From NCBI GenBank assembly GCA_037388465.1, contig JARRKE010000006.1:2853-66852 (forward strand): 64,000 nucleotides of DNA, in the 5' to 3' direction. Below, piece after piece: positions 19,683-28,127 of this stretch. Every line of letters starts with the position of its first letter. Position 1 is the first letter of the stretch. The notes beneath the pieces are model-generated. The model made no database searches. It was not told the DNA's origin and worked only from the letters and a program-made list of their open reading frames with translations. The stretch is from Gammaproteobacteria bacterium. GTDB taxonomy: Bacteria > Pseudomonadota > Gammaproteobacteria > SpSt-1174. The translations under genes were made by a program, and so were the position numbers.

Positions 19683-20555
19683 ATGACCGAACGTGATGCT
19701 CTGCACCGTTTCCTGATCGAGCGCACCAACGTGCGCGGGGAGTGGGTGCATCTGGACGCCAGCTGGCGCGCCCTGCTCGAACGCGTGGACTATCCGCCGA
19801 TTGTGCGTAACCTGCTCGGGCAGGCCTTGGCCGCCGTGGCCCTGCTGGCGGCGACCATCAAGTTCGACGGGTCGCTGACCCTGCAGCTGAACGGTGACGG
19901 ACCGCTTCATCTCATGGTGGTGCAGGCGACGGGACAGCGTACCGTGCGCGGTCTGGCGCACTGGCGCGACGAGGTGCCGGAAGGGCGGCTGGAGCAACAG
20001 TTCGGTCAGGGGCGATTGGCCATTACCATCGATCCCGGTGCCGGCAGCGAACGTTATCAGGGCATCGTGGAGATCGCCGGCGAGAACATGGCGGAGCTGA
20101 TCACCACGTATTTCGAACGCTCCGAACAGCTGCCCACCCGTTTGTGGCTCACGGCGGATGAACGTACCGCAGCCGGCCTGTTGCTGCAGGCGCTGCCGAG
20201 CGAGACGCGCGATCCCGATGCCTGGAACCGGGCGGTGATGCTGGCGGATACCCTGGAGGACCAGGAGCTGCTGACCCTGGACGCGCCGGTGGTGCTGCAT
20301 CGCCTGTATCACGAGGAGGACGTGCGCATGTTCGACCGCGAGCCGGTGGCGTTTCGCTGCGGTTGCTCGCGCGAACGGGTGGCCGAGGTGCTGCGGGCGA
20401 TGGGGCCCGAAGAATCCGCTTCGCTACTCGAAGAACAGGGCAGCATCGAGGTGGATTGCGAGTTCTGCGGCGCCCACTATCACTTCGATCATGTGGACGT
20501 CGAAGCCTTGTTCACGGAGCGGCCGGTGCTGCCGGGCTCGCGTACGGAACACTGA
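19683..20555 (+). CDS. hslO: Redox-regulated chaperone Hsp33
   Basis: C-terminal zinc centre CGCS...CEFCG. Start chosen at MTERD (ATG 19683). Confidence 0.9.
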   Translation: MTERDALHRFLIERTNVRGEWVHLDASWRALLERVDYPPIVRNLLGQALAAVALLAATIKFDGSLTLQLNGDGPLHLMVVQATGQRTVRGLAHWRDEVPEGRLEQQFGQGRLAITIDPGAGSERYQGIVEIAGENMAELITTYFERSEQLPTRLWLTADERTAAGLLLQALPSETRDPDAWNRAVMLADTLEDQELLTLDAPVVLHRLYHEEDVRMFDREPVAFRCGCSRERVAEVLRAMGPEESASLLEEQGSIEVDCEFCGAHYHFDHVDVEALFTERPVLPGSRTEH

Positions 20556-20561
20556 ATCGGC

Positions 20562-21317
20562 TCAGGCAGAGCCCTGGCCGCAGACCGGACACTGCGGGTC
20601 CTTACGCAGTTTCAGTACGCGCCATTCGCCGCGCAGGCCGTCCCACACCTGCAGCCGTCCCGTCAGGGTGGGCAGCCCCGTCAGCAGCTTGAGCGTTTCC
20701 ATGGCCTGCAGGCTGCCGATGACACCCACTACCGGCGCCAACACGCCATTCTCGCTGCAGGTTTCCTCCACGCCGCCGGCCTCGCTGTAAAGGCAGCGGT
20801 AGCAGGGGCTGTCGGGGCGTGAGCCATGGAACACGCTTACCTGCCCCTCCATCCGCACCGCGGCGCCGTAGACCATAGGTCGGTCCTGATGCACGCAGGC
20901 GGCATTGAGCAGAAAGCGGGTTTCGAAGTTGTCGCTGCAGTCCACCACCACATTGGCCGCCGCCACTTCGTTTTCCAGACGATCCCCGGTCAGGCGTCCG
21001 GCAATCTCGGTGATGCGGACTTCCGGATTCAGCGCCTGCAGCGTTTGCCCGGCGGAGCTGACCTTGGGCTGTCCGATGTCCGCTGTGGCATGGGCGATCT
21101 GCCGGGCCAGGTTCGACAGTTCGACCTTGTCGTCGTCCGACAGCACCAGATGTCCGACGCCGGCAGCGGCCAGATACATCGCGACCGGCGAGCCCAGCCC
21201 GCCCAGGCCGATGATCAATACACGCGCGTCGAGCAGCCGCTGCTGTCCTTCGGTACCGATCTCCGGCAACAGGATCTGGCGGCTGTAACGCAGCAGTTGG
21301 GGATCGTCGAGTGACAT
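20562..21317 (-). CDS. moeB: Molybdopterin-synthase adenylyltransferase (ThiF/MoeB family)
   Basis: RYSRQILL...GLGGLGS nucleotide loop, plus CxxC...CPVCG zinc motifs. Confidence 0.85.
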   Translation of the reverse strand: MSLDDPQLLRYSRQILLPEIGTEGQQRLLDARVLIIGLGGLGSPVAMYLAAAGVGHLVLSDDDKVELSNLARQIAHATADIGQPKVSSAGQTLQALNPEVRITEIAGRLTGDRLENEVAAANVVVDCSDNFETRFLLNAACVHQDRPMVYGAAVRMEGQVSVFHGSRPDSPCYRCLYSEAGGVEETCSENGVLAPVVGVIGSLQAMETLKLLTGLPTLTGRLQVWDGLRGEWRVLKLRKDPQCPVCGQGSA

Positions 21318-21334
21318 GTCGGTCGTGTCCGGGG

Positions 21335-21350
21335 TGGCATTGTAACTGCA
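21335..21350 (+). promoter_or_regulatory. Candidate sigma-54 (-24/-12) promoter upstream of the cyclase-FHA gene
   Basis: TGGCATtgtaaCTGCA has the exact GG-N10-GC spacing. It lies 58-82 nt before the candidate start codons. Confidence 0.35.
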
Positions 21351-21407
21351 TGAGTTATGGCACTTTCATGCTATTCTGTGCAAATTAGGTAGTGTTATTC
21401 AAAAAAG

Positions 21408-22337
21408 TTGAGCCAAGCGATCAGCTCGTACATGTCCGAGGAAAATTTCGAAGCCACCATCATGTTTGTCGACGTTGTCGACAGCACGAGTCTGTATGAA
21501 ACGCTGGGGGATCAGGATGCGCAAGCGGTGATCGCCAAATGCCTGCGCATGGCGGAGACTAATATTCGTATGAGTCGCGGTGAGACCATCAAGGTTTCAG
21601 GCGATGAGGTTATGGCCCTGTTCACCAGCGAAGAAGCCGCGGTTCGTGCAGCGCTGAAGAATCTCGATACCATTCCGCAGGCCGATATGGGGCATGGCGT
21701 GCATGTCGAATTGCATACCGGGCTGTATCACGGCCCCGTGATTCGTGCCGAGGGCGATGTGTACGGCGATGCGGTGAATGTCGCCGCCCGGCTGACGTCT
21801 ATGTCGCAGCCTGGTCAAATTCTGACCACGCGTCAGACCGCAGAAAGTCTGCGTGCCGACCTGAGGGAGCGCACGCGCAAGCTTTACGACACCACGGTCA
21901 AGGGTCGCGAGCAGCCGCTGGAGGTGTATGAGGTACTGGGCGTCAGTGAGGGTGATCCCACCGGTATTCTGGCGCCCGAAACCGATTATATGGCGGCACG
22001 CCAAGTGTTGAAGTTGCGCTGCGGCGAAAAGCTGATCGAGATCCCGCCGTTCCGCAAGGAGTTCATCCTGGGGCGCGATGAAAGCTGTGATCTGATACCT
22101 CGCGACACGACGTTCGTGTCACGCAAGCATGCGCGCATTGCCTACCGGCGTGACAAGTTCGTGTTGCAGGATCACAGCACCAACGGCACCTACATCAAGT
22201 CACAGGACGGCAACGTGGTCCACCTCCATCAGGAGGCCTTGCCGTTGACCGGGCGCGGAAAGATCAGCCTGGGCAAGATCATCACCCCGAACGACAAGTT
22301 GCTGATCGAGTTTTCGGTGGAAGAGCGCAAGATCTGA
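21408..22337 (+). CDS. Class III nucleotidyl cyclase fused to a C-terminal FHA domain
   Basis: Cyclase motifs FVDVVDST, KVSGDEVMALF and GDAVNVAARL. FHA motifs GR...SRKHA...NGT. The track start is TTG 21408, and ATG 21432 (MSEENFE) is an alternative. Confidence 0.85.
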   Translation: MSQAISSYMSEENFEATIMFVDVVDSTSLYETLGDQDAQAVIAKCLRMAETNIRMSRGETIKVSGDEVMALFTSEEAAVRAALKNLDTIPQADMGHGVHVELHTGLYHGPVIRAEGDVYGDAVNVAARLTSMSQPGQILTTRQTAESLRADLRERTRKLYDTTVKGREQPLEVYEVLGVSEGDPTGILAPETDYMAARQVLKLRCGEKLIEIPPFRKEFILGRDESCDLIPRDTTFVSRKHARIAYRRDKFVLQDHSTNGTYIKSQDGNVVHLHQEALPLTGRGKISLGKIITPNDKLLIEFSVEERKI

Positions 22338-22353
22338 GAACGCCGCGCGAGGC

Positions 22354-23445
22354 TTAATCGAAGGACGGTGCCGGTTCCCCCGATGTCGAATAGCCGGCCG
22401 GCTTGCGGAAGGATGATTTGTCGATGGCCTGGAGATAGGCCTCCTCTTCGGAAATCTGGCTCGAATCGAGCAGTCTGCGCAATGCGGAATCCATGGTGAC
22501 CATGCCCTGCAGGGCGCTGCTCTGCATGATCGATTCGAGCTGTTCCGACTTGCCTTCGCGAATCAGGTTTGCCACCGCCGGGGTATTGATCAGTACCTCG
22601 ACGGCCGCTGCGCGTCCCTGCCCGTCCGCCTTGCGTACCAGTTGCTGGGAGACGATGCCCCGCAGCGAGGTGGACAGCATGGCGCGCACCTGGGACTGCT
22701 TGTTGGCCGGGAAGGTGTTGATGATGCGGTCGACGGTGGTGGGCGCACGGTTGGTGTGCAGCGTGCCCATGACCAGGATGCCCGTTTCCGCTGCGGTAAC
22801 CGCCAGGCTGATGGTGTCCAGGTCACGCATTTCACCCACCAGAATGACGTCCGGATCCTCACGCAGCGCGGAGCGCAAGGCGTTGGCAAAGCTTTTGGTA
22901 TGCAGCCCGAGCTGGCGTTGGGAGATCAGGCAGCGCTTGCGCGGGTGCACGAATTCGATCGGGTCCTCGATGGTGATGATGTGGCCGCTGCGGTTTTCGT
23001 TGATCTCGTTCACCATTGCGGCCAGCGTCGTCGACTTGCCCGAACCGGTCTTGCCGGTAACCAGAACCATGCCCTGTTTGTGGGTGCACAGAGAGGTCAG
23101 CACCGGTGGCAGATTGAGTTCGCTCAGCGTGCTGCTGCGGGTGGGAATGGCGCGAAACACGGCGCCGAGCCCGTTGATCTGCCGAAAGGCGTTGACACGG
23201 AAACGGGAGACGTTTTCGATCTCGTAGGCGAAGTCCGCCCCGTCTTCGCGCTCGAAAATGGCGCGGGAGTGAGGTGGAATGATCTCATTCAGGAACTCCG
23301 TCACCTTGTCGTTGGAAAGCGGCGTATCGTCGATAACGGTGAGCTCACCATAAATACGTGCGCGCAGTGGATCGCCGGCGATCACGTGCAGGTCGGATCC
23401 GCGACGTTCGATCAGGCTCGTCAGTATGTTGTCGATTTCTTTCAT
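22354..23445 (-). CDS. PilT/PilU-family hexameric ATPase (paralogue 2)
   Basis: Walker A GKTGSGKST, Walker B DPDVILVGEMRD, His box GTLHT and a PilT-like AVANLIREGK motif. Confidence 0.85.
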   Translation of the reverse strand: MKEIDNILTSLIERRGSDLHVIAGDPLRARIYGELTVIDDTPLSNDKVTEFLNEIIPPHSRAIFEREDGADFAYEIENVSRFRVNAFRQINGLGAVFRAIPTRSSTLSELNLPPVLTSLCTHKQGMVLVTGKTGSGKSTTLAAMVNEINENRSGHIITIEDPIEFVHPRKRCLISQRQLGLHTKSFANALRSALREDPDVILVGEMRDLDTISLAVTAAETGILVMGTLHTNRAPTTVDRIINTFPANKQSQVRAMLSTSLRGIVSQQLVRKADGQGRAAAVEVLINTPAVANLIREGKSEQLESIMQSSALQGMVTMDSALRRLLDSSQISEEEAYLQAIDKSSFRKPAGYSTSGEPAPSFD

Positions 23446-23485
23446 GGAGCGATTCGTGGAGTGGAGTGAGCGCGATGAGCAAACC

Positions 23486-24586
23486 TCATTTGCTGCTCCC
23501 TGCTAGGCTGACCTGCGGCAAAAGATTGGTATCGGTGACGTAACGCTGGAACTGTTTCTTGTCGGTGGCGAAGTGGTAGGCCGCATCCGGATCGATTTCC
23601 TTGTTCTCGATGGCTTCGAGCAGGGCCTGATCCATGAGCTGCATGCCCTGTTCGCGGCCGGTCTGCAACTGCGAAGGGATCTGATGGGTCTTGTCCGTCA
23701 TGATCATCTTGGAAATGGCGCGGGTCATGACCATGACCTCGACGATCGCCTTGCGGGCGCGGCCGTCGGGGGTCTTGACCAGCACCTGGGTGATCACCCC
23801 ATGCAGGTTCTGGGAGAGGAAGGTCTTGCCCTGCTCGCGCTCTTCCGGCGGCAGGGAGTCGATGATGCGGTCCAGTGACTTGGTCGCGCTCGTGGTGTGC
23901 ATGGTGCCGAGAACCAGATGGCCGGTTTCGGCGGCGACCATGGCCATGCGGATGGAATCCGAGTCGCGCATCTCACCCACCAGGATAACGTCCGGATCCT
24001 CGCGCATCGCGGAACGGATCCCGTTGGCGAAGGTGTCGACGTGGGTACCGACCTCGCGCTGGATGACCTGTGACTTTTTGCTCTTGTGCACGAACTCGAT
24101 CGGGTCTTCGAGGCTGATGATGTTCAGCGAGCGCGAATCATTGAGGTGGTCGATGATTGAAGCGAGGGTGGTGGACTTACCGGTACCGGTGGAGCCGGTC
24201 ACCAGCACCATGCCCTGGTGATGGTCGGCGAGTCGTGTGACGACAGGCGGCAGTCCGAGTTCGTTGAGCGGTTTGATATGCGAGGGAATGTGCCGGAAGG
24301 TTGCGCCGATCCCGCCCAGCTTGCGAAACACGTTGGTGCGGAATCGGCCGATGTCGTTGGCGATGTAGGAGAAATCCAGGTCTTCGCCTTCCTTCAGGCG
24401 CGCCTTCTGTGCGGGAGTGAGTATCTCCTGGACGTACATTTCCAGTTCGCGTTCCCCGAGGTCACGGAATTTGATCGGCAGGATATCGCCGTTCATGCGC
24501 AGCATGGGCGGGACGCCGACGGCAAGATGCAGGTCGGAACAACCCTGCTCCCTGCCCAGTTTTAAGAATGCATCGATTCTCGCCAT
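23486..24586 (-). CDS. PilT-family hexameric ATPase (divergent paralogue 1)
   Basis: Walker A GSTGTGKST, Walker B DPDVILVGEMRD and His box GTMHT. The PilT AIRNLIRE position reads AISKMIMTD. Confidence 0.85.
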   Translation of the reverse strand: MARIDAFLKLGREQGCSDLHLAVGVPPMLRMNGDILPIKFRDLGERELEMYVQEILTPAQKARLKEGEDLDFSYIANDIGRFRTNVFRKLGGIGATFRHIPSHIKPLNELGLPPVVTRLADHHQGMVLVTGSTGTGKSTTLASIIDHLNDSRSLNIISLEDPIEFVHKSKKSQVIQREVGTHVDTFANGIRSAMREDPDVILVGEMRDSDSIRMAMVAAETGHLVLGTMHTTSATKSLDRIIDSLPPEEREQGKTFLSQNLHGVITQVLVKTPDGRARKAIVEVMVMTRAISKMIMTDKTHQIPSQLQTGREQGMQLMDQALLEAIENKEIDPDAAYHFATDKKQFQRYVTDTNLLPQVSLAGSSK

Positions 24587-24592
24587 ATGACC

Positions 24593-26980
24593 TCAGTGCA
24601 GAAGCGTGGACAGGGTTTGCGACACCTGCTCCATGTTTTGATAGCGTTTGGTCTTGTCGACCGCCATCATCTTGGCGACCACCGCACTCAATGTACGGCT
24701 GACCTCGGGGTTGACCTCGTGCAGTGGTTGCGCCTTGCCCTGAACGTGCTGGTACATCAGGGACATGTTGTCCTCGCCGTCATAGGGTGAATGGCCGGAC
24801 AACATTTCGTAAAGAATACACCCCAGGCTGTAAATGTCACTCTGGGCGTCGACGGGCTTGCCGAGCACCTGTTCGGGTGCCATGTAGCGCGGCGTACCGA
24901 CCACGATACCGGTCTTGGTGAGACGCGTGTCGCCGACGTCGTGTGCGGCGGCGATGCCGAAATCCACCACCTTCACTTCTTCCTTGTCGTTGATCAGCAC
25001 GTTGTTGGGTTTAAGGTCGCGATGGATCACGCCCTGCGCATGCGCGGCTGACATGCCGTCGGCGATGTCCTTGGCGATCTTGAGGGCGCGCTCGATCGGC
25101 AGGGGTTTTTTCTCCGCCATTTCCTGACCCAGTGCATGCGACGGGAAGTACTCCATCGACAGGGCGAACAGGCCCGCGGCGGTGGTGAAGTCGTGGATGC
25201 GGATGACGTTGGGATGGGTGATGCGGCGTGCGAAACGCAGCTCGCGGGTAAAGCGTTTGATCATGTCCTGATCGGCCGCCATGGCGGGGTGCAGAATCTT
25301 GAGCACCAATTGCTCACGGACCATGGTGTCCTCAACCAGCAATACGGTGCCGAACGCCCCTTTACCGACCTGTTGGATGTAGCGGTAGCGGTTGTCGATC
25401 AGGTCGCCTTCGCGCAGGCGGCTCACGTCGAGCAGTTTGTTGTCCGGGGTTTCCTCGCTGGCCTTGCGATAGGTGCTGACGAGGCCGGCATCCGGTTGAA
25501 GTTTGGGCTGCGCCTCTGCGCTTCCCAACGGGCGATCCTGGAATTCGGTCTTGTTGAAGTGTTTCTCGAGGTCGCGAATGACCTGGTCGGCGGCGTCCTG
25601 AACCTCTTCTTCGGCCTTGCGGGTATGCTTGCTCAGGGCGGTGATCACCTTTTCCATGTTGCGCGAGTCGGTGATCTCCTTGAGGGTGTAGACCGCCTCG
25701 ATCTGGATATTGGGTACCGGCTGTTTGAGCTGGTCGATCACCGCCGGGATGATCTTTTCGTCGCCCAGCGTGGCCAGGGCGCGCAGCACGACCGGCGCGG
25801 CTTCCTGGTCCTTTTTCAGCATCTGCACCAGGGACGGCACCGCGGCCTTGTTGCCGATGGCGGCCAGGGCGTCCACGGCGCGTTCGCGCACCCACCAGTC
25901 CTCGTCGTCCAGGGCGCGCAGCAGATAGGAAAGCGAGCGTTCGTCGCGGGTGGCGTTGAGAATCTCGATGGCGGAACGGCGGATGTATTCGTCCTTGTCG
26001 CGGATCAGCTCGACCACGGCCTCGACCACGCGTTTGCCACCGATCTTGGCGAGCGCGTCGGCCGCGCGCGCCCGCACCCACCAGTCGGCATCGCGGGCGG
26101 ATTCCAGCAGGTCCTTGACGTCGCGGGCGCTGCCTATTTCATTGAGCACTTCCACCGCGCCGCGGCGGACGTATTCGGATTCGTCCTTGAGCAACGGGAC
26201 GAGGTACTTGATGGTCTGCGGGTCGCGTAGCTTGATCATCGCGTCGACCGCCTTGTTCTGGACGTTGATGTCCGCGTCGCGCATCAGCTTGGCCAGCTGA
26301 CTCACGTCCATGGTCAGGTCCATGCCGGAGAGGGTGTCGAGCGCCGCCTGTTTGACCAGCGGGTTTTTGTCCGACAGCAATCCCTGCAGCGCGGTGCGGA
26401 CCTGCGGTGTATTGAAGCGGGCCAGCAGGCGCACGATGTTGACGCGAATGCTCTGGTCGGTTCCCGACAACCGGTTCAGCAGTTCGGGGATCATCGATTC
26501 GTCCACGATCTCACTGATGAGGTTGAACAGGGCCTTGCGGTCGTTGGCCTCGAGGGTATAGGCCTGTTTGAGGAGGTTGTTCTTGTCGAGCGTCTTGCCG
26601 CTGGCCGACAGCGCCTTGATCAGCCCGGATTTGCTGACGCTGGATTCGGAGAACAGGGGGACCAGCTCATTGGGGTTATACGCGGACGGCCGTCGCTGCA
26701 GGACCTCGACGATCCGGTTCACCACGGTCGGGTTGGGGTTGGCCAGCCCGGTGGCGATGGGGTGCACCGTCTTGTGGTCGAGCATGCGGGCCAGCAGTGC
26801 GATGATCTGTTCCGCCTCCTCCCCGCTGGCCTGGGCCAGGGCGTCAATGAGCCTTGGCACGGAGCTTTCGGCCCAGCGCCGCAGCTTATCGACGTCTTGA
26901 TTGCCAACAGACTGGAGCTGGCCGGGGGCCAGCAGCTTACCCAGCAAGCGGTCAACCTGAATGTTTCGTATCAGGCTCAC
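24593..26980 (-). CDS. Cytoplasmic Ser/Thr protein kinase with a long N-terminal HEAT-repeat array
   Basis: The C-terminal Hanks kinase has GKGAFGTV, VLK, HRDLKPNNVLI, DFG and GTPRYMAPE. About 520 aa of repeated ...D.D..VR..A..AL..IG... HEAT/PBS-lyase-like units precede it. No TM segment. Confidence 0.9.
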   Translation of the reverse strand: MSLIRNIQVDRLLGKLLAPGQLQSVGNQDVDKLRRWAESSVPRLIDALAQASGEEAEQIIALLARMLDHKTVHPIATGLANPNPTVVNRIVEVLQRRPSAYNPNELVPLFSESSVSKSGLIKALSASGKTLDKNNLLKQAYTLEANDRKALFNLISEIVDESMIPELLNRLSGTDQSIRVNIVRLLARFNTPQVRTALQGLLSDKNPLVKQAALDTLSGMDLTMDVSQLAKLMRDADINVQNKAVDAMIKLRDPQTIKYLVPLLKDESEYVRRGAVEVLNEIGSARDVKDLLESARDADWWVRARAADALAKIGGKRVVEAVVELIRDKDEYIRRSAIEILNATRDERSLSYLLRALDDEDWWVRERAVDALAAIGNKAAVPSLVQMLKKDQEAAPVVLRALATLGDEKIIPAVIDQLKQPVPNIQIEAVYTLKEITDSRNMEKVITALSKHTRKAEEEVQDAADQVIRDLEKHFNKTEFQDRPLGSAEAQPKLQPDAGLVSTYRKASEETPDNKLLDVSRLREGDLIDNRYRYIQQVGKGAFGTVLLVEDTMVREQLVLKILHPAMAADQDMIKRFTRELRFARRITHPNVIRIHDFTTAAGLFALSMEYFPSHALGQEMAEKKPLPIERALKIAKDIADGMSAAHAQGVIHRDLKPNNVLINDKEEVKVVDFGIAAAHDVGDTRLTKTGIVVGTPRYMAPEQVLGKPVDAQSDIYSLGCILYEMLSGHSPYDGEDNMSLMYQHVQGKAQPLHEVNPEVSRTLSAVVAKMMAVDKTKRYQNMEQVSQTLSTLLH

Positions 26981-26994
26981 GGCGCCCCCGGGTT

Positions 26995-27480
26995 TTAATC
27001 TCCGCTAGACGGTTCGTCGAGCGGGGTGATTCTGACGATATAGCTCTTGTGTATCAGCACGACCTGATTATTAGCGGTATAGAGCCGCAGAAAACGATGA
27101 TCGAGAATATTGATGTAGTCATAGAGGCGTTGATGATTCGGCGGCAGAAATTCGCGAATCTCACCCTTGATCAGGCTGCCGTCCATCAACTGCGCCCGGC
27201 AACTGATCACGGTCATCCCCGGGGATTCCGGCGGCGGTTCCTCTTCGAATTCGGCACGCACGATGGAGTTTTTGTTGTAAAAACGGAATTCGTCCTCCGC
27301 CGTGACATGCATGACCAAAAATGGTGCATCGTTGTTGAGCACCTCGATGGGGTCTTCCGCACCCTCGTGGTAGTCGCTGCGTTCCTGCAGGAATATATGG
27401 CCGACGACCGCCCCTTCGGGGTGAATCCATAGCCGCACGGGCTTGCGCAGCTTAGGTATTTTTAGTGCGCTATCTTCCAT
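26995..27480 (-). CDS. Hypothetical protein with an internal duplication (first gene of the kinase operon)
   Basis: 161 aa. Both halves share FLxxxxTAxxx...K.xIVR (PFLVMHVTAEDEFRFYNKNSIVRAEF and RFLRLYTANNQVVLIHKSYIVRITP). There is a 14-nt gap to the kinase gene. Confidence 0.6.
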   Translation of the reverse strand: MEDSALKIPKLRKPVRLWIHPEGAVVGHIFLQERSDYHEGAEDPIEVLNNDAPFLVMHVTAEDEFRFYNKNSIVRAEFEEEPPPESPGMTVISCRAQLMDGSLIKGEIREFLPPNHQRLYDYINILDHRFLRLYTANNQVVLIHKSYIVRITPLDEPSSGD

Positions 27481-27555
27481 AAAAGATCATCGTCTTTGAG
27501 GTGATTGGTGGTCGTGTGACAGCCCTCGGGAACACGCTGCGCCCCCGATTAAGTC

Positions 27556-27584
27556 ATTTAAACAATGCCTTGAATTTATTGCAA
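27556..27584 (-). promoter_or_regulatory. Candidate sigma-70 promoter for the kinase/PilT operon
   Basis: The minus strand reads TTGCAA, a 17-nt spacer, then TTAAAT. It lies ~70 nt upstream of ATG 27480, in an AT-rich spacer. Confidence 0.3.
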
Positions 27585-27626
27585 TAAAAAAGAATACCGC
27601 GAAAATCACGGCATCGGGGGGATTTT

Positions 27627-28040
27627 CTAAAGATAGTGTCGCCAAATGGGCGGGCGGCCGTCGCGGCAACCGTGATCGCGATTGCGATAGTAATTGGCGA
27701 ACACCTTGCGCGCGCAATTGCGCTGGCAGGGCTGATTGTCGATACCCAGGTTCCCGCGTTCGATCTCTTCGGTATAGTCGCAGAGTGCCCGCTTGAGTTT
27801 GTAGAGCAGATTGTTGTTGATGTGGAAACCGATTTCGATCAACGCGTCTTCGATCTCGCGCAGGGTGAGTCGGGTCAGATCGTAGGAAATGGCGATGCGC
27901 TCCGCATCCAGGAGATGGGTCTGCAGCACGCCGTCCACGTCGCTGAGCAACAGCAGCGCCGATTGCGCCTGATTCGGGTCGGGGTGCGGTCCCCGGAACC
28001 CGATTTCACGATGCTTGATGAATTTATCCTCATCCCCCAT
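27627..28040 (-). CDS. Hypothetical protein with a Cys/Arg-rich C-terminus
   Basis: 137 aa with coding-like bias. The central region looks like a small alpha/beta domain. The C-terminus carries C..(x)..CQRNC...HGC. Confidence 0.5.
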   Translation of the reverse strand: MGDEDKFIKHREIGFRGPHPDPNQAQSALLLLSDVDGVLQTHLLDAERIAISYDLTRLTLREIEDALIEIGFHINNNLLYKLKRALCDYTEEIERGNLGIDNQPCQRNCARKVFANYYRNRDHGCRDGRPPIWRHYL

Positions 28041-28127
28041 ACGGTCAATCGTAGTCGGAGACGGGGAGAAATCAACTCTCCGGGCGATGCGGCGGAGTGG
28101 CCTCGACCGGGGTCGTAACGCCCGCGT

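Noticed and set aside
21358-21372. Second sigma-54-like motif, TGGCACtttcaTGCT, upstream of the cyclase-FHA gene.
   Set aside because: The GC of the -12 element is one nucleotide too close (GG-N9-GC). The strict GG-N10-GC spacing is met only by the neighbouring motif at 21335..21350.
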